64,000 nucleotides of DNA from a virus. The DNA is taken from positions 29,778 to 93,777 of IMG/VR virus record IMGVR_UViG_3300028569_000021, one strand, 5' to 3'. The notes below the pieces were generated by a model. The model had not been told where the DNA came from. It saw only the letters and a list, made by a program, of their open reading frames with translations, and did not search any database. Within the stretch, counting starts at the first letter, position 1; each line of letters opens with the position of its first letter. Of the stretch, positions 10,115-20,447 are shown piece after piece. Both the position numbers and the translations under genes were made by a program.

Positions 10115-10779
10115 ATAGTAAAAAACGGACTATCACATTCAAAGTCTGCAACTGCTGTAATACCTTCAGAAGTTACTTGAAAAAGTACACCTTCATCTAA
10201 ACTCGATAGACCCTTATCCTGTACTGAACTAAAAGTATTCTCATACACATCAGCGAATAAAGTGACCCCGCATTTTGCTAAAAAGGAATTACCTGTATTA
10301 GCATTAAACATCCATAAACCGAAAGTACCTTTTAGTAACTGAAGACAGTTAACAATAACATCAATTTCTGTATTTCTAGAACTAAATGTCTGCGTAGCAT
10401 ATAAAATATAAGGTATTATGCTGGTATCTACAGGGTTATTATAAGGCATCTCAAATTGATTGACAAGCTCTTTAAAATTTGTGAGTACTCCATTGTGAGC
10501 AACAACCCAATTCTCAACAATAAAGGGGTGTGTAGTATTAATATCAAATTTTCTTTGCGATGAAGTAGGTGCTTGAGCGTGACCCATATATAGATCAAAT
10601 TTTTTCTTCTTAGGAAATCTATACTGAGTCTTAATAACGTTCTGCATAGGTACTTTATGTATTTCAAAGCCGTCTCTATCAACAAATAAAGTACTGTGAG
10701 CAAAGTCACCTCTTTTAAGATTAAGCTTTTGTAAGTTTAAGTATTTTTCTCTTTTATTTGATCCAAATATCCCACACAT
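10111..10779 (-). CDS. class II (Ntn) glutamine amidotransferase, Gat-QueC-type GAT domain
   Basis: N-terminal MCGIFG, RG, GHAQAPT, HPF, AHNGV motifs; same operon as queC. Confidence 0.85.
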   Translation of the reverse strand: MCGIFGSNKREKYLNLQKLNLKRGDFAHSTLFVDRDGFEIHKVPMQNVIKTQYRFPKKKKFDLYMGHAQAPTSSQRKFDINTTHPFIVENWVVAHNGVLTNFKELVNQFEMPYNNPVDTSIIPYILYATQTFSSRNTEIDVIVNCLQLLKGTFGLWMFNANTGNSFLAKCGVTLFADVYENTFSSVQDKGLSSLDEGVLFQVTSEGITAVADFECDSPFFTI

Positions 10780-10784
10780 TTTAA

Positions 10785-11447
10785 TTAGTTAGTCTCTTCA
10801 ATTTCAGGGAACAGATATTTATTTAAGAATAATTTTGCATTGTCATCACCTATTTCATTTGCTAATGACTTAAATGTCTTATCATTTTTCTTTTGACCTA
10901 CGCAATATCTATTTTGTATATTAATGTTCTTTTGATATATTTTAGTATAGTAAGTAATATAATAAAGATAATTTTTTATAATAATATAAATTTGATTAAA
11001 AATATAATCTAATTCTTCCGCTTCTGGTGTAATACAAATAAAATCATCACTAAAAAAATTAGCCCATTCTGGTAAATTTCTGGTAGGTGACTTAATTTTA
11101 CTTTTAAGATTTCTTAAGCTGGTTATATCAAATAAAGACAGTGATGTAGGTGTGAGATCAAAAAATATTCCTGTAATTTTATCCCCTAGAGCTATAACAT
11201 CGAATCCTAAAATAGGTAAATCAACATGTGAATTGGGAAAAATATTTGAATGCAACACACACATTTTATTAGTTTTATAATATTCAAGATGCACGTGCCT
11301 AGTAACATCAGTATTAAAAAAATAATTTAACCATTCGTGTTCTTCTTTCTGAAAAGGTAGCTTCTTATTATCGAAGCTACCCATATAGTCAGAAAAAATA
11401 TCAGCTAAATCGTTAAAATAGCCTTTAAGTAGATTGTGGGATTCCAT
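10785..11447 (-). CDS. pcyA: ferredoxin-dependent bilin reductase, PcyA/PcyX-like
   Basis: RHVHLE, LHSNIFP, LPILGFD, FFDLTP, RNLPEWANFFS, QNRYC..QKKNDKT, YLFP; start taken at MESHNL; downstream of heme oxygenase. Confidence 0.8.
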   Translation of the reverse strand: MESHNLLKGYFNDLADIFSDYMGSFDNKKLPFQKEEHEWLNYFFNTDVTRHVHLEYYKTNKMCVLHSNIFPNSHVDLPILGFDVIALGDKITGIFFDLTPTSLSLFDITSLRNLKSKIKSPTRNLPEWANFFSDDFICITPEAEELDYIFNQIYIIIKNYLYYITYYTKIYQKNINIQNRYCVGQKKNDKTFKSLANEIGDDNAKLFLNKYLFPEIEETN

Positions 11448-12021
11448 TATAAATTTGATCAAATAGAGTAACGTGAAACTCAAAAAAATTATTTACTTCT
11501 AATACAAAATCATCTTCACTAACATTGTCATTTGTAATATCAACAATTGCTCTTACATCACTAATAACATTTTGTGCATTATTATAAATGTACATTTGAT
11601 TAAAAGGTGCAAGTTTTGTAGATAGTAACCTACCGCCGTAAAGATCAGCTAACCACCTAACGTATAGGTCCGCTTTAAGCAAAGCAACTGGCTTAGACCA
11701 AGCTTTTGATACCCATTCCTCTGCAATTGCTAAAGGTTTTAACAAGTAAACATTGTCTTCATTAATATGCTTTCGAGTAAGTGTGATAATATCTTTAGAG
11801 ATTGTCTGAGTCCTCCTTAAGTCAGAGTTTCTAAAGATATTTGCTGACAATAGTCTTTCCTCCACAGCACTATATGTAGGTCTCACATTAACAAGAAATT
11901 GTAAAAGTTGTCTTTCATCGTATTTGCCACTAATAAAACTGGCCATCAGTGGATGATTTTCTGCTCTTTTATGTGATTCTGTTGTTTCTTCTTTAAGTCG
12001 TTGTTGCAATGTATTACTCAT
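11425..12021 (-). CDS. hemO: heme oxygenase
   Basis: LKEETTESHKRAE with proximal His; YVRWLADLYGG variant of the YxRYLGDLSGG distal helix. Confidence 0.85.
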   Translation of the reverse strand: MSNTLQQRLKEETTESHKRAENHPLMASFISGKYDERQLLQFLVNVRPTYSAVEERLLSANIFRNSDLRRTQTISKDIITLTRKHINEDNVYLLKPLAIAEEWVSKAWSKPVALLKADLYVRWLADLYGGRLLSTKLAPFNQMYIYNNAQNVISDVRAIVDITNDNVSEDDFVLEVNNFFEFHVTLFDQIYNGIPQST

Positions 12022-12025
12022 ATTT

Positions 12026-12763
12026 TTATATTAACTTACAGTTGTGTTTTTTCCACACACTATCTAAATTTTGTTTATATTCCATAGGATCAATCAACCC
12101 GGCATTAATAAATCCCTTAATTCTTAATGAGGATGAGGCTGATGAAGCGTCAGCAGGTAACTCACCTGAGTAACAAGTATATGTCTTATCAAATTTAACG
12201 CCAAGCTTTACTCCTTCCTTAATAATATCAACCTTATCCATTTCAATTAAAGGCGCTATAACTTTAATACTCTTTTCTCTATTCAATTCTATAACAGAAT
12301 TAAACCTATTAACAAACGTTTCTTCTGCATCCCAATATCCGGCAAGACTATCAATCTTAGTAGCACCATACCATACTTCCTCCGCACCTACAGTCTCTGC
12401 ATAAGCACAGCACATACTTAAAAACATTATATTTCTGAACGGTACGTAAGATTTTGGCTGTGCTTCACCCATCATATCTTTAATATTAGGTGTATCAATA
12501 TTATCGTTAGTAAGAGAGCTAGTACTAGCTAACTCTCTAATAGCAGTAACGTCAATTATTTTAAGTTGACCTGTTAAATTATTAAAGTCCGCTTGTTGTA
12601 CTGCACATGTTTTTTCAATAATATGTCTTTGACCATAGTCAAAAAACAAGGGATAAACATTATTATTACCTACTTGCTCTATTGCTTTCCACAATAGTAC
12701 GGCACTATCCATACCACCTGAAAGCGTAACTACAATTTTTTTATTCTTCATCTTTTGTAACAT
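12026..12763 (-). CDS. queC: 7-cyano-7-deazaguanine synthase
   Basis: LSGGMDS, FDYGQRH, YVPFRN, APL..MDK, TYTCY; the C-terminal Zn cysteines appear degenerate (DASSASSSLR). Confidence 0.88.
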   Translation of the reverse strand: MLQKMKNKKIVVTLSGGMDSAVLLWKAIEQVGNNNVYPLFFDYGQRHIIEKTCAVQQADFNNLTGQLKIIDVTAIRELASTSSLTNDNIDTPNIKDMMGEAQPKSYVPFRNIMFLSMCCAYAETVGAEEVWYGATKIDSLAGYWDAEETFVNRFNSVIELNREKSIKVIAPLIEMDKVDIIKEGVKLGVKFDKTYTCYSGELPADASSASSSLRIKGFINAGLIDPMEYKQNLDSVWKKHNCKLI

Positions 12764-13829
12764 CCTCTTTTACAGGTCCATGAGAATATTTGTATTTTTC
12801 CCCAAGAATTACCTCTAATTTAGGTAAAATAATATCCTCGTAGAATTTTTCATTAATAAAATTCTTTTTATAACCTAGCTTAGTACCATCAGGCATGGTG
12901 TAGGTAGATCCCGTTTGCATAATAATACCATGATTGACAGCCATCTCAAACAAGCCTGAATACCTATCTAAACCTTTAAGAAAGTTAAGATAAAGAGAGG
13001 CTTCAAGAAATGGCGGTACAAATCTATTTTTTACAGTTAGTGCTCTCAATGTTGCACCACTATAATTTTTTGCCTCAGGTAAGATTTCATCAGCATCGTC
13101 ATTTTCAGCTTTTTCATTCTTCTTAGCTAGCTGCACAATTACCGAAGCCATATAAAGCGGTCCCGAACCGCCTGATTGATTCTTAATAAGTGACGGGTAG
13201 AGGGCTACAGGGTCTGCATAAGTATGATTTGATATTAACACTGTAACCCCAGCTTGACCTGCTTTAAGAGTAAGAGTTCTCAAGAGACTCTTTATGCCTT
13301 TAGCTCTACTGCCCATATCTGCTGCTGCCTTATCCTTAAGCATATCTTGCTGTTCCTTTTCAGAAGAAAGATTACCAAGACTATCAATAGAAACTATAAA
13401 TTTACCTTGTAGTTTATTTTCTATAACCTTATCAAGAAATTTAGAGATAGAATTACGTAAACCTTCCACTGTATCAACAGGTATATACTTTGTCTTTTCC
13501 GGGTCTAATCCAACGTTAATAGCAGATTGTGAATCAACTGCAAACTCTGAATCAAAAATAACAGGATATATGCCTTGCTTCTGTGCAAGACCTAAGATCT
13601 TATTAATGAATAGGGTTTTACCAGTTCCAGTTTCACCCGCAAATATAATTACTCTACCCTTAGGTACCCCCCCGTCTTTAAGTTTGCCAGAAATAATTGC
13701 GTTAAGTGCGTATGAGCCTGTATCATACCAAGTATCTACATTTGTAAGAGTGCTTTCCGAGAGATATGTAGCATAAGGATTCTCATCCAACACATCAAAT
13801 ACATCCTGCATTTTTTTATCTTTTTCCAT
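12741..13829 (-). CDS. uvsX: RecA-like recombinase, T4 UvsX-like
   Basis: DTGSYALN, GETGTGKT, FDSE, IDSLGNL, SGGSG, VKNRF. Confidence 0.92.
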   Translation of the reverse strand: MEKDKKMQDVFDVLDENPYATYLSESTLTNVDTWYDTGSYALNAIISGKLKDGGVPKGRVIIFAGETGTGKTLFINKILGLAQKQGIYPVIFDSEFAVDSQSAINVGLDPEKTKYIPVDTVEGLRNSISKFLDKVIENKLQGKFIVSIDSLGNLSSEKEQQDMLKDKAAADMGSRAKGIKSLLRTLTLKAGQAGVTVLISNHTYADPVALYPSLIKNQSGGSGPLYMASVIVQLAKKNEKAENDDADEILPEAKNYSGATLRALTVKNRFVPPFLEASLYLNFLKGLDRYSGLFEMAVNHGIIMQTGSTYTMPDGTKLGYKKNFINEKFYEDIILPKLEVILGEKYKYSHGPVKEDVTKDEE

Positions 13830-13864
13830 ACAAGTAATATAGTGTATATTTTTTATAATTCAAG

Positions 13865-13894
13865 AAAAAAAAAACCATCTCAAAGAGATGGTTT
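13865..13894 (-). terminator. intrinsic terminator
   Basis: AAACCATCTC-AAA-GAGATGGTTT hairpin followed by a T-run on the minus strand. Confidence 0.7.
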
Positions 13895-13919
13895 AAAAAG
13901 TATTTTTTTAATTTTGTTA

Positions 13920-14267
13920 CTATTCGTCAAAAAGTTTTACTACTTCATCTGACGATGAGCCTGGATTTTGAGCTGTCGGTGCACCGCAAATAGATTGATA
14001 CTGACCAACTAAACGCTCTTCTAGAACTGCATCACTAACAACAATACGGTTCTTAGGATAGATAAATGTAACCCCTTCTTTGCGAGTCTCTTGAGTAAGA
14101 AATTCCCTAAACAAAACCGGCAAGAGTTGTACTTGAAGTTGATTTTGTTGATTAGGTGCAGCTTGAAGAACAGCAGGATTTTTAACCACTACTTTGTTCT
14201 CGTCAACTTTAACCTTTTCAGCGATGATTGTAAACCCTACTGGGTCGATGAATAATATTGTTTCCAT
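13920..14267 (-). CDS. conserved-looking small phage protein downstream of the DNA polymerase
   Basis: ORF track; beta-rich; followed by a terminator. Confidence 0.7.
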   Translation of the reverse strand: METILFIDPVGFTIIAEKVKVDENKVVVKNPAVLQAAPNQQNQLQVQLLPVLFREFLTQETRKEGVTFIYPKNRIVVSDAVLEERLVGQYQSICGAPTAQNPGSSSDEVVKLFDE

Positions 14268-14300
14268 ATGTCTTATAAATTATATTATGTTTGCAATAAA

Positions 14301-16856
14301 TCAACTCAATAACTCGAATAAATCACATTGAATTATTTCACCTGGCTTAGAAGGTACCCAATTAACGTTTTCATAAAAGCGTTTTACAATAGAATACACA
14401 ATTTTTTCAAACATAGCCTCATAGTCTAATTGAAAGAGCTGTTTAAATTCGTCAGGATAATAATACTTGTAAGCTATTTTTTTAATTCCAAATCTATTAG
14501 GAGTTTTTAAAGCCATATGTCTTATCTTATCTCCAGATTGAATCTTTTCATACTTTTTTTCTATACCTAGTCTTTTAATTAACTCGTTATAAAAATATGC
14601 CGCTTTAACATGGTGTGGCATGCCTTTAGCTGTTTTAAACCCCTCACATAAAGTAGAATACCTCTCTAACCCTTTAATACCTGACACTTCAGCAATATCT
14701 TCCACCGACAATTGAATAAATTTATCATATACTTCACTTACAACCTGGTTTGTCTTTTGGTGATTTTGGGTCAGCAACATTGTTTCAATAATGTTTTTTA
14801 CTAAAGGTTTGAGACTTGGAGGCATTGTTGTCCTCTTGACCTCTACACCTACATACTTAAACTCATTAGAAGGTGTACCTTCATCGTCTAGTACATGTAG
14901 TACATATCTTTTCTTTTTAAAGAAGCATGCCACGTCACAGATCTTCTCTCTTTTAAAGATAAATCTACAGTCTTTACTATTGAGAACCTTTTCGCCCCAC
15001 AAAGTAATTTCTGTATTAAGGTAATCAGTAACTCCGTCTACAATCTTATGAAACTCTTTTGTTATTAGACCATTTTCAACCGCGTTAATTTTATGATATT
15101 TAACCAAATGATCCAAAGCAAAATAACAGCTGTCTGTATCAGTATATTTGTTTACCTCGCCCGGATCTTCTCCTGTTTCTTGTTGAATGTATCTTTTAAC
15201 AATTTCTGCACTCTCTTTAATAACAGCTTGACCGGTTAATGTGATGCTTTCTGCCAAATCATCATCACCAAGAGGGAATACTTTATTGCCGAGAACACCA
15301 TATACGGAGTTAATGAAAATTTTAATTGTAAGTTGCTTGGTCTCTAATCTGTTTATTTCTTGCTCTAATTCTTTTTTATCTTCTAATTTTGCTATTTTCT
15401 TTTTTAATTTAGACAATTCTTTTTTAACCTCTACACGCTTACTGTAATAATAGTCTACTACTTCAGGAATTAATCCTTTTGTTTTCTGAGTAAACAGTAC
15501 ACCTGCTCTTGAAATAGCTAGATCCTTATCTTTAACTAGCGTCGCAAATTTACCTGTGCTTAGCTTATATGTATTATTATTAACATCCTTAATGGTAATC
15601 TCTTCTTTATTCTTACCCACGATTTTGCCGATTTTAGTTTCTGGTGAGAGATTTAACGTAATCATCGTATTAGGGTACAGAGAGTTAGCATCGAAGCTAA
15701 CTATATTCTTTTGAAAACCTGGCTCAGGTACCTTAACATACGCTCCTGCATTTTGAGAACCGTCGTCCGGGGGTCTAATAAAGGTAGGAATAATTTGACC
15801 TCTCTGTCTAGCCTTAATTGCACAAGCACCAACAATAACAGACATTGAGCCCATAGACGCTTCAACTGTAGTAAGACCCGCAATTGAAAGCATTCTCAAA
15901 AGTTCAATATATTTTAATGTTTGCTCGAGTTTTACAAGAATTTTAACGTCTTGAATGTTATAGTCTACGAAAACGTCCCAGCGGTTATCAGCAAGGTCTG
16001 ATAGATTACTACTACCATAATCAATCTTCTGTTCGTCAAGTTCTAGTCTAGCAATAGTATCAAGCTTATAATTTTCTCTATTAGGTGCGAATTTTTTATA
16101 TACGTCCAAGTAGTCGACCGATGACACACCATCAATATACCATCTTGTCTGGTCTTTACCGAACTGACCTTTCATAGTCCTACTATACATTCTACCTGTA
16201 GGTGACAATCTTTGAGCTGTTTCAAAGTCAAACAAGTTAGTAATTCTATTAATAATATAGGGCAAGTCAAAGCCGTGAAAGTTCCAACCAGAAATAATAT
16301 CCGGGTAGTCTTTTGTATAATAGTCTAGAAATTTTAGAAGAAGGTCCTGCTCATCTCTGCATTTAATATAAACTTCGTCAGGATTTTTAGGAGTATATTC
16401 TTTCTTTAGACCAAACGTATGATATTTATTTGTTAATGAGTCATGCGAAGTTATAAGATTAATAACATGCGTCGCAGTTTCTGGAACAGGAAACTCATCG
16501 ACTGAATAAGTCTCGATATCTATCATGAACACCTTAAGCGGATTCTGAATAAATTCTGGCTTTTCATAATCCTTATAAAAGGTATCAATTAAAAATTGCT
16601 GATTTACAGACAGATTTTCAAAAAGTCTCTTAACATTCGACTCTTTAAAGAACTTGCTCCTCTCGTATTGATTTTTAAATTTGCGCTTCTTAAGAGGAGT
16701 ATTAAAAATACTCGTAGCATCGGGTTTATTATTAGACTCTACATACAGGTAAGGATTGTAGGAAACATCGTAGGACACTCGTCTCCCTTCATTATCCCAT
16801 GTATATAAGATCATACACTCTCCTTTTGGGTTATACGCAACGTTTCTATAGCTCAT
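14301..16856 (-). CDS. gp43: family B DNA polymerase, T4 gp43-like
   Basis: ExoI DIETY, GWNFHGFD, YNIQDV; motif A SFDANSLYP; motif B KIFINSVYG; motif C YTDTDS; KKRY; no intein evident. Confidence 0.96.
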   Translation of the reverse strand: MSYRNVAYNPKGECMILYTWDNEGRRVSYDVSYNPYLYVESNNKPDATSIFNTPLKKRKFKNQYERSKFFKESNVKRLFENLSVNQQFLIDTFYKDYEKPEFIQNPLKVFMIDIETYSVDEFPVPETATHVINLITSHDSLTNKYHTFGLKKEYTPKNPDEVYIKCRDEQDLLLKFLDYYTKDYPDIISGWNFHGFDLPYIINRITNLFDFETAQRLSPTGRMYSRTMKGQFGKDQTRWYIDGVSSVDYLDVYKKFAPNRENYKLDTIARLELDEQKIDYGSSNLSDLADNRWDVFVDYNIQDVKILVKLEQTLKYIELLRMLSIAGLTTVEASMGSMSVIVGACAIKARQRGQIIPTFIRPPDDGSQNAGAYVKVPEPGFQKNIVSFDANSLYPNTMITLNLSPETKIGKIVGKNKEEITIKDVNNNTYKLSTGKFATLVKDKDLAISRAGVLFTQKTKGLIPEVVDYYYSKRVEVKKELSKLKKKIAKLEDKKELEQEINRLETKQLTIKIFINSVYGVLGNKVFPLGDDDLAESITLTGQAVIKESAEIVKRYIQQETGEDPGEVNKYTDTDSCYFALDHLVKYHKINAVENGLITKEFHKIVDGVTDYLNTEITLWGEKVLNSKDCRFIFKREKICDVACFFKKKRYVLHVLDDEGTPSNEFKYVGVEVKRTTMPPSLKPLVKNIIETMLLTQNHQKTNQVVSEVYDKFIQLSVEDIAEVSGIKGLERYSTLCEGFKTAKGMPHHVKAAYFYNELIKRLGIEKKYEKIQSGDKIRHMALKTPNRFGIKKIAYKYYYPDEFKQLFQLDYEAMFEKIVYSIVKRFYENVNWVPSKPGEIIQCDLFELLS

Positions 16857-16892
16857 AAGTAGTTTTTTTTACAAGTTAGAATATATATTAAT

Positions 16893-17090
16893 ATGAGTGA
16901 AGATCAAATTAATTTTTTTATAGAAGATAAGCCTTGCCCGGAAAGTATTGTTAACTGTTCTAATTTAAGAAAAGAATTTTTTAAAGAATTAGAAGACTAT
17001 AAGAAGCAAGGAGCATGCAGTAGTTGCGCTGAAAGGAGTTTAAGAAACAAATATCTTACTTTTATAATGTCCTCTACCCCTACAACTTAA
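16893..17090 (+). CDS. small Cys-rich hypothetical protein
   Basis: CP...C...CSSC; coupled to the next ORF. Confidence 0.6.
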   Translation: MSEDQINFFIEDKPCPESIVNCSNLRKEFFKELEDYKKQGACSSCAERSLRNKYLTFIMSSTPTT

Positions 17091-17410
17091 TGACTATTTT
17101 ATTTTTACTTGGATTACTAAATGTCAATAGTTTACTGACTCTTTGGTTTTTTTCTCCTATAAAAAACACTATTGGTAAAATTTTCTTTAAAAAAGATTTA
17201 TCTCCAATGCAGTTTGACGATTATCTTTTTGTAAAAAATAAAATTTTAGGAGAGTTAACCTCTTGTTGGATATGTTGTAGTTTTTGGCTCTCTTTACTAG
17301 TAGGTGCAGCTTATACATTTATTTTTAGTTTAAGTCCTCTATGGCCTTTACTAACTTTTTTGTCTTACCCTTGTATAAGCTATCTTTTTTATATAATCGT
17401 TAAACGATAA
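17090..17410 (+). CDS. small membrane protein, DUF1360-like
   Basis: GELTSCWICCSFW motif and hydrophobic segments. Confidence 0.55.
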   Translation: MTILFLLGLLNVNSLLTLWFFSPIKNTIGKIFFKKDLSPMQFDDYLFVKNKILGELTSCWICCSFWLSLLVGAAYTFIFSLSPLWPLLTFLSYPCISYLFYIIVKR

Positions 17411-18599
17411 TTCCGTTTATTCGATTTATTCTCTTCCTATCTTTATGACCATATGGTAGAGTAAACAGTTCCTGATAACAATCAAGATTTTCACCATTCT
17501 CAAGCCATCTAGTATTAGCTATATTACGTGCTTTTGCAGAAAGATTCATATATCTACCTTTCTTGCTCAAAACATCGCTACATATGTCAATCATCTCACT
17601 TCCTGTCTTAAATTTAAAAGGTGCATCTTCATAAGTGCATAAGTCTTGACATGCAATCGGTATCCCGAAAGCATTTGCCTCAATTAACTTAAGATCAGAT
17701 TTTGACTTATTAAAATTATTATCTTTAAGAGGTGCAACCATCATATTAACTCTAAGATTTTTAATTTTTTCTCCGTAATTATAAAGATTAGACCACTCGT
17801 GGAATTCAATTTTTTTAGACTGTACTAAATTTCTCAAAGGAAGTGGGTAAGCTCCTAGAAATACCCACTGGAATTTATCAACAGTATCATGAATTGCTTT
17901 AACAACATGAGAAAAATCATCATCTTGTCCAACTCTATTGTCTACATCAAAGTGTGCACCGGAACCAGTATAAAGAATTCTTGGTTTTTTCGAGTGCTGG
18001 TCGTAATTATCAGAAATTGTCTTTACATCATAATGATTTCCAATCCAAAATTTAGGTGGGTAATTGGGAATAATAGTAATATTATTATGGCCAGTTTTTG
18101 CTGCATAATAATCCTTCATGAACTGACATGTTACTGTAATTTCATCACACATTCCCATAATCTCTAGAATGTTTTTTCTTATATCTGGATCAGTAAAAGC
18201 AGGTTTAAACTTGTTATATTCAGGAATGTCTTCATGAAAGACTAAGTCATCAATTTCATAAATTAATCTAAAACCTACCTGCTTTTGAACTTCTTTTAAA
18301 AATTTAACAAATGCGACTTGATGGGATGTAGCTTGTCTTTGAATTCTTACAACCTTAGTATGTACATACCATCTTGGATCTAAGCACATAACAGTACTAC
18401 CATGCACTACTCCTTTATTATAAGCATTAATTAAATGCTCCGGCCAGATCATTCTCCAGAAACCACACCCGCTATAATCAGCATAGAATTGAATTGTTCT
18501 TGGTAGCTGAGTTTCAGGTGGCGTAAGATCTTGCTGCTTTTGTACGGGTTGAGAAAAATTATTTTTTTGTACGTTTCTTTGTAAAGGTGATATCAACAT
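17400..18599 (-). CDS. glycosyltransferase, GT-B-like
   Basis: SGCGFWRMIWP, YEIDD, APLKDNNFNKSKSDLKLIE. Confidence 0.8.
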   Translation of the reverse strand: MLISPLQRNVQKNNFSQPVQKQQDLTPPETQLPRTIQFYADYSGCGFWRMIWPEHLINAYNKGVVHGSTVMCLDPRWYVHTKVVRIQRQATSHQVAFVKFLKEVQKQVGFRLIYEIDDLVFHEDIPEYNKFKPAFTDPDIRKNILEIMGMCDEITVTCQFMKDYYAAKTGHNNITIIPNYPPKFWIGNHYDVKTISDNYDQHSKKPRILYTGSGAHFDVDNRVGQDDDFSHVVKAIHDTVDKFQWVFLGAYPLPLRNLVQSKKIEFHEWSNLYNYGEKIKNLRVNMMVAPLKDNNFNKSKSDLKLIEANAFGIPIACQDLCTYEDAPFKFKTGSEMIDICSDVLSKKGRYMNLSAKARNIANTRWLENGENLDCYQELFTLPYGHKDRKRINRINGIIV

Positions 18600-18641
18600 A
18601 TTTTAAATTTGTATTATTTACTTTTTCTTTTTTTAATTCAA

Positions 18642-20447
18642 CTACTCCAAGTATTGAACTCTTTTTGTTATACCTTCTTGCTTTTCAAGAAAGATAACAT
18701 CCCCTGTACTCAATTTAGAGCATTCTTTTCTATGGGATATGACATATATACCATATTTTTTTGCTTGTACCAATTCTGTCAAAAGACTTATAACCATCTC
18801 TACCCCTGCTTCATCTAGACTAGTATCGAGAAGCTCATCATAAAATTGTATGTTATAAGATATATTGCTTTGAAGTCTTAGCATTTCAATAAAAGTAAAC
18901 ATAATTGCTAAATCAATAACTTTTTTTTCTGCTCCGCTAAAGTTAAAATAACTCATCTCAACCCCTTTATTATTAACAATAGTCTCTTCAAAATATTCAT
19001 CAAATTTAATAAAAGCATTAGAATTTAATTTTCTTAAGTAGCCGCTAAGCTTATTATTAAACAAGTTAAGTATCTTTTTAACAATATAACTCCTTACTCC
19101 GTCTTCACCTAATACAAATTTTACTAGGTCGAGTATATTTAAATTATGCTTATCTTTTTCTATCTGTTGAGTAATAGCATCAACTTTTTGCTTAATAGTT
19201 TCAATAGCATTTGTTAGATCATTATTTGTATTTTCTAAATCTTCAATATCTCTATCAACAGTAGCAACATAAGATTGTAAGTCTATTTCTTTTTGAGTAA
19301 GGTGTTGTTTTTGTTGTTCTCTTAGCTTTTGTCTGCTAACAATCTCTTTAAGCTTACAAAACGCGCTGTCTAGCTTTATTTTAGACTCTTCATAAACAGT
19401 CAATTTATTTTCTAGTTCATTAATGCTAATATCATATTCACTTATTTCTTTCTTAAAAAGCTTCTTTTGATCAGATATATGATTTTTATCCAATGCAGTA
19501 ATAGGTTTTAAGCATACAGGACACATGTCTTTTTCAGTACCTATCTTCGTTAAAGACACTTTAATAAAATCTCTTTTTGTTTCTACAGATGTAATATCTT
19601 TGCCGATAATATTAATCTTGGATAATAATTCCTGTAGTTTATCACCTGCATAGGTTATTTTATTTTGTACTTCAGTAATATCTATATTTTGTATTTTATC
19701 TATAGTAACTTTTACTTCTTCTATTTCTTTAGCAGCGCTCTCTCGCCTACTCTGCAAAGTTTCTCTTCTCTTTTTCTTTTCTATTTCTTTATTTAAAGAT
19801 TGATCCACAAGACTACTATAATGTTTTTTTATTTCTTCAAATTTAGCATTCTTAATATCAAAATCTTTTTTGGTCTCTTGCATTTCAGCCTTAAGATTAC
19901 TGTTCATACTACTAAACATTTCTAAATTAAAAATACTCTCAATAAACTTTCTCTTTTCTACCTTCTTCTTTGCCATGAAAGGTACCATATTATTAAGAGT
20001 CATTGCAATGCAGTTTTGAAATATTTCAGGCGTAAGTCTTAAAATACCTTGAACATATTCAGTGGTATTAACCATAGAATCTCTTGTAACGTCTATACCA
20101 TCTTCATATAGATAACACTTACTTGGTTCTATTGTCCTGTGTAATTCATATTTTTTAAGTATATTATTTTCTTGAATACTAAAAACAAGAGAAACTTTAG
20201 GAGTCTTTTTAGTAATATTGTTAACAATAAACTCCTTCTTTAACTCTCTTAGGGTATTACCAAACAACACAAAGCTAAGACCATCAAGAATAGTACTCTT
20301 ACCAATACCGTTTCGTCTATCAGATTGGTCTTTATTGGTACCGGTAATAACATGTAGACCTGGCTTTAAATCTATTTCTACTTGCTCTTTACCAATTGAT
20401 AAAAAATTTTCTATTATTAATTTATCAAAATTTACAAATTTAGTCAT
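18642..20447 (-). CDS. gp46: recombination endonuclease ATPase subunit, gp46/Rad50-like
   Basis: NFLSIG, NGIGKST, CPVC zinc hook, FSGAEK, YDE..D..LD, ISH. Confidence 0.93.
   Translation of the reverse strand: MTKFVNFDKLIIENFLSIGKEQVEIDLKPGLHVITGTNKDQSDRRNGIGKSTILDGLSFVLFGNTLRELKKEFIVNNITKKTPKVSLVFSIQENNILKKYELHRTIEPSKCYLYEDGIDVTRDSMVNTTEYVQGILRLTPEIFQNCIAMTLNNMVPFMAKKKVEKRKFIESIFNLEMFSSMNSNLKAEMQETKKDFDIKNAKFEEIKKHYSSLVDQSLNKEIEKKKRRETLQSRRESAAKEIEEVKVTIDKIQNIDITEVQNKITYAGDKLQELLSKINIIGKDITSVETKRDFIKVSLTKIGTEKDMCPVCLKPITALDKNHISDQKKLFKKEISEYDISINELENKLTVYEESKIKLDSAFCKLKEIVSRQKLREQQKQHLTQKEIDLQSYVATVDRDIEDLENTNNDLTNAIETIKQKVDAITQQIEKDKHNLNILDLVKFVLGEDGVRSYIVKKILNLFNNKLSGYLRKLNSNAFIKFDEYFEETIVNNKGVEMSYFNFSGAEKKVIDLAIMFTFIEMLRLQSNISYNIQFYDELLDTSLDEAGVEMVISLLTELVQAKKYGIYVISHRKECSKLSTGDVIFLEKQEGITKRVQYLE

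Noticed and set aside
10111-12763. Gat + QueC as a QatABCD defence system
   Set aside because: No QatA ATPase or TatD nuclease adjacent, and folE/queD/queE are present, favouring deazaguanine synthesis.
13294-13776. 160-aa plus-strand ORF and similar antisense ORFs (e.g. 49692, 52883, 25092, 39304)
   Set aside because: They lie fully opposite well-supported genes.
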